Below, one piece after another: positions 51,240 to 59,429 of a stretch of DNA of 64,000 bases; the first letter of the stretch is position 1; each line of letters opens with the position of its first letter. The DNA lies in the IMG/VR virus record IMGVR_UViG_3300045988_110999. One strand, written 5' to 3'. The translations under genes were made by a program, and so were the position numbers. This stretch comes from a virus. The notes beneath the pieces are model-generated. The model was not told the DNA's origin and did no database searches. It saw nothing but the letters and a program-made list of their open reading frames with translations.

Positions 51240-51825
51240 CGAATTCACCTCCGGTACACCATTCCTTGAAATGAGGAAGTTCCAGCATTTCGTCCCGGAA
51301 CCACTTCCATTCCGGCAAAGGATGCTTGTCACGCTGCTTGTAAATATTCTTGAGCTGTAAATAGTTCGTCGTGATACGAGCCGTGAGAATCAATCCAGAT
51401 GGGTAACTGTAAATCATACGGAGCCAGTTATCATGGGACGGGTCGTGGTTGAAATCTTTCACAACATCCTCAAAGGCTTTGATTACCTTCTTATCGGTGT
51501 ACTTGATATACTCGGTGGTCATCTTGGGGATCATATGGACCGTACTCATAGAGGATACGAAATCAGCAAACGTGTACCGCTGGAACTGAGGCCATACCTT
51601 TTCTGTAATGGTTAAGTCGAACTGTACGACTATCCCTTTTAAGAAACAATCATGACCGGAAGCTGGAGGTGTGTTTGCTAAATTCCTCGCCCGCTTCCAA
51701 TCGTTCTTGGTGGGACTGCTTTCCATCAATTCGGGATTGTATGACTTTCTCATTGGATAGCCAGAGGCTATAACGGACTCATCGAGTCCGTATACCCTGA
51801 CGTTGTGCATTACTTTATTTTCCAT
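51223..51825 (-). CDS. ThyX-fold (flavin-dependent thymidylate synthase-like) protein with a substituted active-site motif
   Basis: Aligns without gaps to ThyX: 'GHDCFLKGIVVQFDLTITEKVWPQFQRYTFADFVSSMST' versus '[39 protein letters not shown]'. C-terminal 'NYLQLKNIYKQR...PEW' also matches. RHR is replaced by RYT. Confidence 0.5.
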   Translation of the reverse strand: MENKVMHNVRVYGLDESVIASGYPMRKSYNPELMESSPTKNDWKRARNLANTPPASGHDCFLKGIVVQFDLTITEKVWPQFQRYTFADFVSSMSTVHMIPKMTTEYIKYTDKKVIKAFEDVVKDFNHDPSHDNWLRMIYSYPSGLILTARITTNYLQLKNIYKQRDKHPLPEWKWFRDEMLELPHFKEWCTGGEFDARKD

Positions 51826-51834
51826 GGCTTCCTC

Positions 51835-53037
51835 CTATTTTACATAAAAGCGTCTTGCGGCTTCCGACTGACGTTCTTTGGAATACGAGCTGATACGTTT
51901 CAAGTAGCCGATAACTCGTGTACCATAATCAACGTCATGAGAACCACATTCCGTGCAATGGTCTTCTGTGTTTACGTTGATATAACCACAATCATTGCAA
52001 ATGGTAACTAAGCAATTATATGTCCAGTAATTTACTCCTAATCTCCCGGCCACACAAATTAAATCATATGCCTGATTCTTGCTGAACAGCTGGGCGATGT
52101 TAAGATGACATGCGCTACCACCATCGAGGTACTTAGTGGTTTCTTTCCCATGAAGGAACAACTTATCGAGAATGGTTAAAGAATCGTTTTCAACTGGGAA
52201 GAAATAAGAGTTATAGCAGTCACGGGGTACGGACAACCCATCATGCTTATCCCACTGAGCATTTTTAACGCCAAGGCCCTCCGCAGGCACATATTCGGTG
52301 TTAAATCGGAACCCATATACAGCCCTATCTGCCTTATTGAGGTCGTAAATAACTTTCAAGTACTTGGATACTTCTTTCTGATATGCTTCTTTATCAACTA
52401 CGGGGGAGAATCCTTTATATTCCATAGCTTCAAGCATACCGTTGATACCAATAGTACCAAACTGAGTATCGAAGTTAATAAACTGAGCTGTGTAAGCCGG
52501 TAACATACCAAGCTCGATGTAATGTTTGATAACGGCTCTGTGAGCGGCAAGGTATTTATGAATACGAGAAATCAAGTCACCGAACGGTAACTTACCTTCA
52601 TACTGCTGTACGTACCGGTTCATGTTGATGGTAATTACTCGGAAAGAGCCAGTTGATACACCGCCAGCCCCCAACGTGTAAGAGAAGGTATTGTCAGCCA
52701 GTTCGTTGCGGAGCCGGCAACACGATGCGAGAGAGTCAGCACTACGAGACTCATAGATGAAGAAGGACAGGCCCTTAGACATTTCTTCGGCAAGGAACCA
52801 TGCAAAGTCCTTATCTTTCGGTTTCTTATCCTCGTCCAGCAACACGGCGGCGGTAAGTACCGGATAGGTAAGGAGTTCTTTTTTGCGCTCCATGCGGAAC
52901 CATTCCATAAAGAATTCCTGTAACCGACTCAGACTCTTGTAATCTGGTTCGGTGCCATCAGGGAAACGGAAACCGCCAAAGATACCATCAAAGTAGTATT
53001 TATCGAATACAGAGATATTCCAAAACACGGATTGATT
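51835..53037 (-). CDS. nrdD: Anaerobic ribonucleoside-triphosphate reductase NrdD, exon 2
   Basis: Begins 'NQSVFWNISVFD'. C-terminal Zn ribbon 'CNDCGY...CTECGS' and glycyl-radical motif 'TRVIGYLKR'. Confidence 0.9.
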   Translation of the reverse strand, partial: NQSVFWNISVFDKYYFDGIFGGFRFPDGTEPDYKSLSRLQEFFMEWFRMERKKELLTYPVLTAAVLLDEDKKPKDKDFAWFLAEEMSKGLSFFIYESRSADSLASCCRLRNELADNTFSYTLGAGGVSTGSFRVITINMNRYVQQYEGKLPFGDLISRIHKYLAAHRAVIKHYIELGMLPAYTAQFINFDTQFGTIGINGMLEAMEYKGFSPVVDKEAYQKEVSKYLKVIYDLNKADRAVYGFRFNTEYVPAEGLGVKNAQWDKHDGLSVPRDCYNSYFFPVENDSLTILDKLFLHGKETTKYLDGGSACHLNIAQLFSKNQAYDLICVAGRLGVNYWTYNCLVTICNDCGYINVNTEDHCTECGSHDVDYGTRVIGYLKRISSYSKERQSEAARRFYVK

Positions 53038-53346
53038 CGAGCGCCCTATGCTTTCACATAGGCTCTGACTATCTCTTACTAACGAATGTTAGCACACCAT
53101 TTCGAGGAACGTATCAATAGTTCCCCTACTCCCCCACAATAGGGGATAGTCGATACACCTTCTAAACTGTAATGTTGGCATAACTTATACCTGCCTTTAT
53201 ATTATATATCGTATGGTAGGTAACTCCATAAAGTTTAGCTTGGCTCGGGATTGGCATACCTGAATGGCTTTAGCTTTCCCCGACAGCCGTTGAATAATCA
53301 ACGACCTCGCTGATAAACGATTAGATGTGTAGTGGCAATATTACTT
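53038..53346 (-). mobile_element. ORF-less group I intron (309 nt) splitting nrdD
   Basis: Exon 1 ends ...CGUGGU. The intron starts AAGUAAUAUUGCCAC, so P1 is GUGGU/GCCAC with a U-G pair at the splice site. The intron ends ...CUCG. The spliced junction reads 'NQPAAARG|NQSVFWNISVFD'. Confidence 0.75.
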
Positions 53347-53958
53347 ACCACGTGCCGCGGCTGGCTGGTTGAGGGCATAAACAACGCCCTGTAATTCCTG
53401 TGCGATACGGTCTTTAGCTACAGAGAGGTAATTATTCCCATACTGTTTACGAGCAAAATAGTCGAAGTACATAAGGAACTCTACGGTTGCCGTTGCCCCG
53501 GCCCAATTCGTAGCCAGTTGGTATACGAGATTCACAAAGGAACCGCAGAAGGACTGGAGATTCTTAGGAGCTTTACTCGTGCCCCCTAAACACTTTGTAC
53601 CATTCAGCAAAAACGGGTACATAGTAACAGAGGCGCAGTAAGGAAGAAAAGCAGCTAATGTTTCGTCATGGCAATACAGAAGATGACTTTCAATATCTTC
53701 CTCGTACTGGTCGGCTAAATCCTCTCCAAACATTTCCGTGATTTTGTCTTTGACGATTTTACGGCTGACCTGGATGTTCTCGAACTTGTACATCTCTTCC
53801 TTGAGTGTGCCCATGTTCTTTTCGGAAACATTGGAGTTAGGGTCTACTAAGGAAGCCGAGGCGTTATTGGTGGCCCCGATATAAAAATTAATGAAATCTA
53901 CCTTTTTCTGAATCTGTTCCGGTGTAAGATAGTTAAAGAACGATTTCTTATTTGTCAT
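53347..53958 (-). CDS. nrdD: Anaerobic ribonucleoside-triphosphate reductase NrdD, exon 1
   Basis: '...WAGATATVEFLMYFDYFARK...QGVVYALNQPAAARG'. ATG 53958 behind GAGGAGG. The unspliced frame stops 2 codons into the intron. Confidence 0.9.
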
Positions 53959-54221
53959 CAAAGAGCCTCCTCAACAAAATCTTTTAATACTTCCGGAGGG
54001 ATAACCCCTTCAATCCGGCTAATCTCTTTGTCGTCATCATAGACAACAACTGTAGGGTAAATGTGCAGATTGTATTTTTTCTCCATTAGGGAGGATTCTA
54101 CCCTTTTATTCTCAAAATCAATCTCATTTTTATACTTTTCAGCCAGCTCTTTAAATGTGCCACTGATTCGATTGCAATGGAAGCAGTTGTCGATATAGAA
54201 CTTACAGATTTTCTTACTCAT
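53958..54221 (-). CDS. Thioredoxin/glutaredoxin-fold protein (CxxC)
   Basis: 'KFYIDNCFHCNRISGTFKELAEKY...YPTVVVYDD'; ATG 54221 behind AAGGGGTGA. Confidence 0.75.
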   Translation of the reverse strand: MSKKICKFYIDNCFHCNRISGTFKELAEKYKNEIDFENKRVESSLMEKKYNLHIYPTVVVYDDDKEISRIEGVIPPEVLKDFVEEAL

Positions 54222-54732
54222 CGCTATCACCCCTTTGGAAATACTCTTTAGTCTTGTCTTCCCACGTCTGGTAAACAGGGTTAAATTCGTAGAACCGCTG
54301 ATTGGTCGTCGGAGAATCAAGACCACCTTTATCTCTTTCGTATCTGCCAGCCTTTATCCATTTAATCGGTAGCCTAGGGAGGACTCCCAAACCATCATCG
54401 CCAACATAAATACCAACCTGGAACATACACGATAGGTCCAATAAAAGAAGTTCTAATGCAGTTCTAGATACCCCTTCATTATTCCAGCCACCCATAATGA
54501 CGACGGCGTTTGCCCCAAGCTTATATTGCTCATGAACATAATCAATCATTTCTTGGGCTGTCATATTCGGCCGGGTGTGGTTTGTATCCCAAAGCTCCGG
54601 ACTGTGACATCCTTCGCAATGGCAGGTACAGTTACCTATTTCAAAAAACACAGAGATACGATTAGGTATCTCTATAAGGGTAATTCCTTTATTTACAACG
54701 GGAAATTTATCATCATATTCTAAATCAGCCAT
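54214..54732 (-). CDS. nrdG: Anaerobic RNR activating enzyme NrdG (radical SAM)
   Basis: 'VFFEIGNCTCHCEGCHSPELW' cluster motif; adjacent to nrdD; ATG 54732 behind GGAGGAG. Confidence 0.8.
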   Translation of the reverse strand: MADLEYDDKFPVVNKGITLIEIPNRISVFFEIGNCTCHCEGCHSPELWDTNHTRPNMTAQEMIDYVHEQYKLGANAVVIMGGWNNEGVSRTALELLLLDLSCMFQVGIYVGDDGLGVLPRLPIKWIKAGRYERDKGGLDSPTTNQRFYEFNPVYQTWEDKTKEYFQRGDSDE

Positions 54733-55198
54733 TGAAAAACTCCTCCATTTTCTTTTTATTTTCAACATACTTGTTACATTCTTTTCGGAAAGCTTTGTAT
54801 TGTTCGATGAGTTTTTTCTTGCCTTTACGGGCCTCTTCACGAGTCCGGAAGAAGTTACTGCTTAGGCTTTGTTTAAAGCTTTGGACACTACCAAAGATAG
54901 CACTCTCTTCCGTGTGGTTAGGAAGAGGAATGTACCAATATCGTTCCCCGACCCGAGGTTTGAATGTTTCCTTCTTCGCTTCCGGTTCGGTATCTTTGTC
55001 GATATAATATTCGCCATCCAGCAGTTTCAACAGTACATTTTTAGAGACATCGTTATTAGAGGCATTTCGCAGACCCTTATCAGGGTCGAAAAAGAAGAAT
55101 CCCACGAGGTCGTTTCCGTTATTAAAATGACGGACAGCAAACGGTTTATTGAATTCCATATCGAAAATTCGTGCAATATCAGGAGCATACAACATCAT
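54725..55198 (-). CDS. Hypothetical protein
   Basis: ORF track. Confidence 0.55.
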   Translation of the reverse strand: MMLYAPDIARIFDMEFNKPFAVRHFNNGNDLVGFFFFDPDKGLRNASNNDVSKNVLLKLLDGEYYIDKDTEPEAKKETFKPRVGERYWYIPLPNHTEESAIFGSVQSFKQSLSSNFFRTREEARKGKKKLIEQYKAFRKECNKYVENKKKMEEFFNG

Positions 55199-55205
55199 AT
55201 ATTAT

Positions 55206-55475
55206 CTAGTCCTTTCTGGGGTCTATTTTCTTCCCTTCACAATGGTCTACGAGCCATTCGGCATACCGAAGAATCTTTTTGGCATCCTTGATAGGCTCAT
55301 CTTTCTTACCGAACCGGGTTGCATATTTAATGATATTGAACAGGATACCCCCGGTGAACTCTTCGGCATCGAACTGCGCCTGCATAAGCTCGATAGGCTG
55401 AATATCACCCTCATAATGTTCCCCGTACCATTCCGGCTTCGGAGTTCCTTCTGCTAAATCAACCTGTCGTTTCAT
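55206..55475 (-). CDS. DUF3310-family protein
   Basis: 'GDIQPIELMQAQFDAEEFTGGILFNIIKYATRFGKKDEPIKDAKKILRYAEWL'; ATG 55475 behind AAGGAGGAAG. Confidence 0.65.
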   Translation of the reverse strand: MKRQVDLAEGTPKPEWYGEHYEGDIQPIELMQAQFDAEEFTGGILFNIIKYATRFGKKDEPIKDAKKILRYAEWLVDHCEGKKIDPRKD

Positions 55476-55702
55476 TCTTCCTCCTTGTTGTGCTTGTAAT
55501 AGAAGCACTTGTCTTTCCGACTCCATCTCCAATTAACGCCGAACAGCTTGGCAATCAAAGCAGCTGAGAGCAACCCCAAAATGCTGAGTACAGCTAAAGC
55601 AATGGTCGGGGTAAAGATAACCGGCCAGCTCCAAACAAGAATCCCTACAGCCTTCAGGATAATGAACACAATCTGTACCGTTAAGATAGCGGTAGTTACC
55701 AT
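55472..55702 (-). CDS. Small three-TM membrane protein
   Basis: ORF track; 'AILTVQIVFIILKAVGILVWSWPVIFTPTIALAVLSILGLLSAALIA'. Confidence 0.55.
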   Translation of the reverse strand: MVTTAILTVQIVFIILKAVGILVWSWPVIFTPTIALAVLSILGLLSAALIAKLFGVNWRWSRKDKCFYYKHNKEEE

Positions 55703-55709
55703 GTTTTAA

Positions 55710-55811
55710 TCACTTCTTTCTGTTAGCTATTTCTATAACGAGGTCGCATATCATAACACCAACCCACATTCCGACTAATACGCCTGTGACATATTCTTCT
55801 AAGGTAAACAT
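55710..55811 (-). CDS. Small single-TM protein (33 aa)
   Basis: ATG 55811 behind AAAGGAGTAGGG; 'MFTLEEYVTGVLVGMWVGVMICDLVIEIANRKK'. Confidence 0.4.
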   Translation of the reverse strand: MFTLEEYVTGVLVGMWVGVMICDLVIEIANRKK

Positions 55812-55824
55812 ATCCCTACTCCTT

Positions 55825-56061
55825 TTAGATAGCTTCGTTAAGAGGGGTTTGCCATTCCGGAATGATTTCCCAATCATCAGCGGCACAGTTAGAAAGGGTG
55901 TAGAGAATATCCTTTGTATTACGAATATCTTGTTCCTTGCCGTCGTGCATACGCATGACAACAGTCTTTTTATCCTTATCGTAATACCAGTAACCAGTCC
56001 AATGGTGACGTTTAACTTTATGTCCTCTCATAAGAGCAAATACAGCACATGCAAAACTCAT
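55825..56061 (-). CDS. DUF2829 (Tad2-family)-like small protein
   Basis: 'MSFACAVFALMRGHKVKRHHWTGYW...ILYTLSNCAADDWEII' matches the DUF2829 pattern (f.eAl.alk.Gkkv.R..W...... ....l...DDWeI). Confidence 0.55.
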   Translation of the reverse strand: MSFACAVFALMRGHKVKRHHWTGYWYYDKDKKTVVMRMHDGKEQDIRNTKDILYTLSNCAADDWEIIPEWQTPLNEAI

Positions 56062-56064
56062 AAT

Positions 56065-56175
56065 TTATTTCCCCTGACTATTAGAAGTTTTTACTTTTAC
56101 AGCGGCATCTGAAATTTTATCAACGAGCTCTGTCTGATATGCTTCGATAATAACTGGCTTCTTTTTATACTTCAT
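56065..56175 (-). CDS. 36-aa ORF equal to the first strand of a gp49/gp66 (PGDYG) domain; truncated remnant?
   Basis: 'MKYKKKPVIIEAYQTELVDK...' versus '[19 protein letters not shown]...' at 21958..22401; AGGGGTGA SD. Confidence 0.4.
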   Translation of the reverse strand: MKYKKKPVIIEAYQTELVDKISDAAVKVKTSNSQGK

Positions 56176-56204
56176 AATATATTCACCCCTATTTATGTAC
56201 GACT

Positions 56205-56651
56205 TTATTTACCTGTACTGCCAATGCCTCCGACTCGTTCACCTTCAGCGCAATCATCGTCGCAAGTCAAATACTTCATAAAAATACCTTGAGCGATACG
56301 GTCTCCCTTCTTAATAGATACCGGTTTATCACTGGTGTTGTATAAGCCAACCATAATATGGCCTTCATTATCAGGATTGTTATAGTAATCACTGTCAATA
56401 ATCCCTGTGTTGTTGGCCAGCATAAGACCATCCTTGAAAGCCAAACTAGAACGGATAAAAATAGACAGATATTCGTCATCCATCATATAAGCATTGAGTC
56501 CCGTAGTAACAGCCCTCACTTCGTGAGGCCAAACAGTAGCGTCCTCAGCGGCCTCTAAATCATACCCCGAACTGCCAGAGGTCTTACGTTCTGGGATATG
56601 GATGCCTTTACCTATATAAGCCGAAACTACTTCAAATCCTCTCTTTCTCAT
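56205..56651 (-). CDS. dut: dUTP diphosphatase (trimeric dUTPase)
   Basis: 'GSSGYDLEAAED', 'NNTGIIDSDYYNNPDNEGHI', 'GDRIAQG', C-terminal 'RVGGIGSTGK'. Confidence 0.9.
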   Translation of the reverse strand: MRKRGFEVVSAYIGKGIHIPERKTSGSSGYDLEAAEDATVWPHEVRAVTTGLNAYMMDDEYLSIFIRSSLAFKDGLMLANNTGIIDSDYYNNPDNEGHIMVGLYNTSDKPVSIKKGDRIAQGIFMKYLTCDDDCAEGERVGGIGSTGK

Positions 56652-56656
56652 ATTGC

Positions 56657-57121
56657 TTAGGTCCTCCCTACGATTCTGTCGTTACCAACCGGGGGCCGTT
56701 CCTTCCGGTAGCAATTCTCGACAATCATCTTCGCATCAAAATATACCCGGCTCAAGAATCTGGCGTTGGCCTCTACGTATTTCTGCCTCGTGACGCTTTC
56801 TACGTAGTCCTGCCATGCCTTGATTACCTCTTCATTGGAAGCCGCTCTCCTTGCCCCATCCGTAGGCTTATTGGAAAGTTCGAGGCTCTTCCTCGCTTCC
56901 GTTGCCTTTGCATTACGTTCGAGCAATGCTGACATTTTATAGGCGTCTGCGGCTAGCGTGTCATAACTGGCCAAGAGAGAGGAGGAATCTCTCATCAGAG
57001 AGAAAGCCTCCAGCACATCGGTATCGTTCAAATCTTCATACCGTAGCCTCACCTCGTCGAACATGGTCAGTATTTCATCATAAGTTGTTGATGATATCGA
57101 CCCCATGGAAAGCATCTCCAA
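56657..57121 (-). CDS. Hypothetical protein (start uncertain)
   Basis: ORF track; candidate starts at 57121, 57106 and 57064, none with a clear SD. Confidence 0.5.
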   Translation of the reverse strand: MEMLSMGSISSTTYDEILTMFDEVRLRYEDLNDTDVLEAFSLMRDSSSLLASYDTLAADAYKMSALLERNAKATEARKSLELSNKPTDGARRAASNEEVIKAWQDYVESVTRQKYVEANARFLSRVYFDAKMIVENCYRKERPPVGNDRIVGRT

Positions 57122-57323
57122 TCCGGCTAAGGACTTCCTGTGCGTCTTTCAAGCTATCTTCCCCGATGAAGGTTCTCAGGACTGCCGGGCGGGGGCTTGT
57201 TTCACAGGAACCTAAGATACGGTAGCCGTCAATCAGGTTCTTGTCTTCCTTGTTCTTGATTTCAGAAATGAAGATGGATTTGGCATCAATCAAAACTTTG
57301 CCATTTTCACTAAGTACGATCAT
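57078..57323 (-). CDS. Hypothetical protein
   Basis: ATG 57323 behind TGGAGGGA. Confidence 0.55.
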   Translation of the reverse strand: MIVLSENGKVLIDAKSIFISEIKNKEDKNLIDGYRILGSCETSPRPAVLRTFIGEDSLKDAQEVLSRIGDAFHGVDIINNL

Positions 57324-57324
57324 G

Positions 57325-57969
57325 TTATTTCCCTCCAAATAATTTGTATGTATCTTCTTTCAAAAAGAATAATGGTTCATGGTAAGGTCTTGTTACGACT
57401 ACCATATCCGAGTTATCTTGGTCAAAATACTTATGAAGTAATTTGAACCTACTATCTGGAATATCATGGACTTCCCCGTCGAGAAGCCCATTTACCAGAT
57501 ATCCAAAAAGGTCTTTCCGAAGTCCGTAGCAGAATCCTTCGATATGAACAATCCCGGTGTCCAACAGGTTGTACCAGCGGTCACTCCTTATGTTCCTTTT
57601 ACACTCTACGATAAGCTCTTTTCCTTTGAACTGAATCCGAATATCACCGGACACGTGGTCTTTGAGCTGAGGAATCAAATGGGCTGCTTTTAATGCCCCC
57701 GACATCGGGGTTCTTTGAGCATCCAGCCCCATATCCTTCAAGAGGTTCTCAATGTCTCGTTCTGCTTTTCTTCCATTCCTTCGGTTTGCCTTACCTCTCT
57801 TTGAGGCGTTGCTTAATTTCTTGACCTTTCTTTCCTTTTTCTTCTCCTCTTTCTTGGCTAACTGTCTGGGAGATTTAATGGACCGGTCGACCGGGACGTA
57901 CTCGTCGTAATCCCGGCACCAGTCACAATCATACCTTCGGAGGCAGTTATCCCTTACTTCACATTTCAT
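57325..57969 (-). CDS. PD-(D/E)XK nuclease, Holliday-junction-resolvase-like, with an N-terminal Cys cluster
   Basis: 'GRKAERDIENLLKDMGLDAQRTPMSGA...SGDIRIQFKGKELIVECKR' follows the pattern G..aE.....L...G......SG...DI....... .E.K. ATG 57969 overlaps the upstream stop. Confidence 0.55.
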   Translation of the reverse strand: MKCEVRDNCLRRYDCDWCRDYDEYVPVDRSIKSPRQLAKKEEKKKERKVKKLSNASKRGKANRRNGRKAERDIENLLKDMGLDAQRTPMSGALKAAHLIPQLKDHVSGDIRIQFKGKELIVECKRNIRSDRWYNLLDTGIVHIEGFCYGLRKDLFGYLVNGLLDGEVHDIPDSRFKLLHKYFDQDNSDMVVVTRPYHEPLFFLKEDTYKLFGGK

Positions 57970-58375
57970 CTTTAAATGATACTTCGTCTTTAAGGGCTTT
58001 TGCGATGAGTTTTGCCAGTTCTTCAATCTCTTCGTCCTCATCGTCGTCTTCCTTGTCATCAGACACCTGTTTTACTTCGATACCGAGGTCTTTCAATGTT
58101 TCCCGAAGTTCTTCCGGTACTTCATCTTCGCAATCAGGCTCTTTGAGCTTCGGCACGTTATCTGCCAGAACATCAATCAAATCAATGGCATCAACATTAA
58201 TGAGCTGTGCCAAACTAGAAATGATAGCGAGGCCAATCAGAGAACGGTCGTTTACCGAACCTTTGATAGAGCAGGCTACCTGACCGCCGCCGATTTTCTT
58301 CATCGACAACGATACTTCAAGACCTTCCGTAATAGCTTTTTCAAATTTCCCAAAAGCGGCTTCAAAATTTTCCAT
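57959..58375 (-). CDS. Hypothetical protein with a strongly acidic C-terminal half
   Basis: ATG 58375 behind ACGGAGGT; 'EPDCEDEVPEEL...SDDKEDDDEDEEIEE'. Confidence 0.55.
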   Translation of the reverse strand: MENFEAAFGKFEKAITEGLEVSLSMKKIGGGQVACSIKGSVNDRSLIGLAIISSLAQLINVDAIDLIDVLADNVPKLKEPDCEDEVPEELRETLKDLGIEVKQVSDDKEDDDEDEEIEELAKLIAKALKDEVSFKDEM

Positions 58376-58401
58376 ATTATTTACCTCCGTTAATACATAA
58401 C

Positions 58402-59286
58402 CTACTTGCAAGTATAAGCATCACACCATTTATTTACTGGGCAGAATTTTTCGCATTTATTACCTCCCCAACACTCATGGCTTTTACATGGTGGAGGAAC
58501 CGTTTTGCTGTCCAGAGCTTTTACCAAAGACTCCGACTTCTTTTTCATATATCTCTCCATCCACCAATCTGAAATCTTGCCTACCTCTATAAGATATGCT
58601 CTTTCTGTTACCCCTCGGCTCGTTGCCATATATGTACCGCCATCCCTGACGATCATCTCACATACCATATGACTTACCGGGAGCTTTAAGCATTTCTCAA
58701 TCTTCATCCGGTAATCATTCATTTGAACCGCTAAATCAAAGTCCAAACGAGCATTGCCTTGGGTATATACGGTTTTATATCTGGGCTTACCATTCTTGTA
58801 ATGCCCGACTAAAACCTTGTGCGATTTAATTCCAAGATATTTCCCGACTACGTAGGATGAGTACGTTTTATAATCGAACAGCGTCCCCCCATTTTCTGGA
58901 GAGTAGAAGTCGAAGGCTCCTGTGGAAACCCCGTCATCTAATCTCTGTTCTCCCAAGTCATCATCATCCATGCCATGTTCTAGGTTGGCGTGGGTTTGGG
59001 TGCCAAGGAGAGCGAACATCATGCTCTTAGGGTCTATGGCGTAATTATGGGTCAGCATTAGATACGCCTCCCGGGTCCCTCGAAGACATTGTGTTGTAGA
59101 AGGTTTTCCCGTCCATTCCCTTTGTTCAGCTATCTTCCGTAACGTAGGGGCTGACAAGCATCTGCCACACGGTACATAGGGCATCCCAGTCACGGGATTC
59201 ATCTTCCCGACTAGCCTACACTGCTTCAGGCAATCTTCAATTTTGATAACGCCCCCATCGGGGCATTTGTAAGAATCGTAGGGCAT
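58402..59286 (-). CDS. Cas4/RecB-like PD-(D/E)XK exonuclease with terminal Cys clusters (Fe-S type)
   Basis: N-terminal 'CPDGGVIKIEDCLKQC', 'LFDYKTYSSY' (D.K motif), C-terminal 'CKSHECWGGNKCEKFCPVNKWC'. Confidence 0.7.
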   Translation of the reverse strand: MPYDSYKCPDGGVIKIEDCLKQCRLVGKMNPVTGMPYVPCGRCLSAPTLRKIAEQREWTGKPSTTQCLRGTREAYLMLTHNYAIDPKSMMFALLGTQTHANLEHGMDDDDLGEQRLDDGVSTGAFDFYSPENGGTLFDYKTYSSYVVGKYLGIKSHKVLVGHYKNGKPRYKTVYTQGNARLDFDLAVQMNDYRMKIEKCLKLPVSHMVCEMIVRDGGTYMATSRGVTERAYLIEVGKISDWWMERYMKKKSESLVKALDSKTVPPPCKSHECWGGNKCEKFCPVNKWCDAYTCK

Positions 59287-59397
59287 TTTATCTCTCCTTT
59301 GTTTTTTATTACTTTAAGTGAGTATTGTAAGATAAAATTTTTGGGAGCCTCCTCGGAGCTGTTGTTCGGAAACTCCCTTGCCTCACCTTACGTATTT

Positions 59398-59426
59398 ATT
59401 ATAACTCTAAGTAAGTATTTTGTCAA
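59398..59426 (-). promoter_or_regulatory. Consensus sigma-70 promoter for the nuclease/recombination operon
   Basis: Minus strand reads TTGACA-AAATACTTACTTAGAGT(17 nt)-TATAAT. Confidence 0.65.
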
Positions 59427-59429
59427 GTG

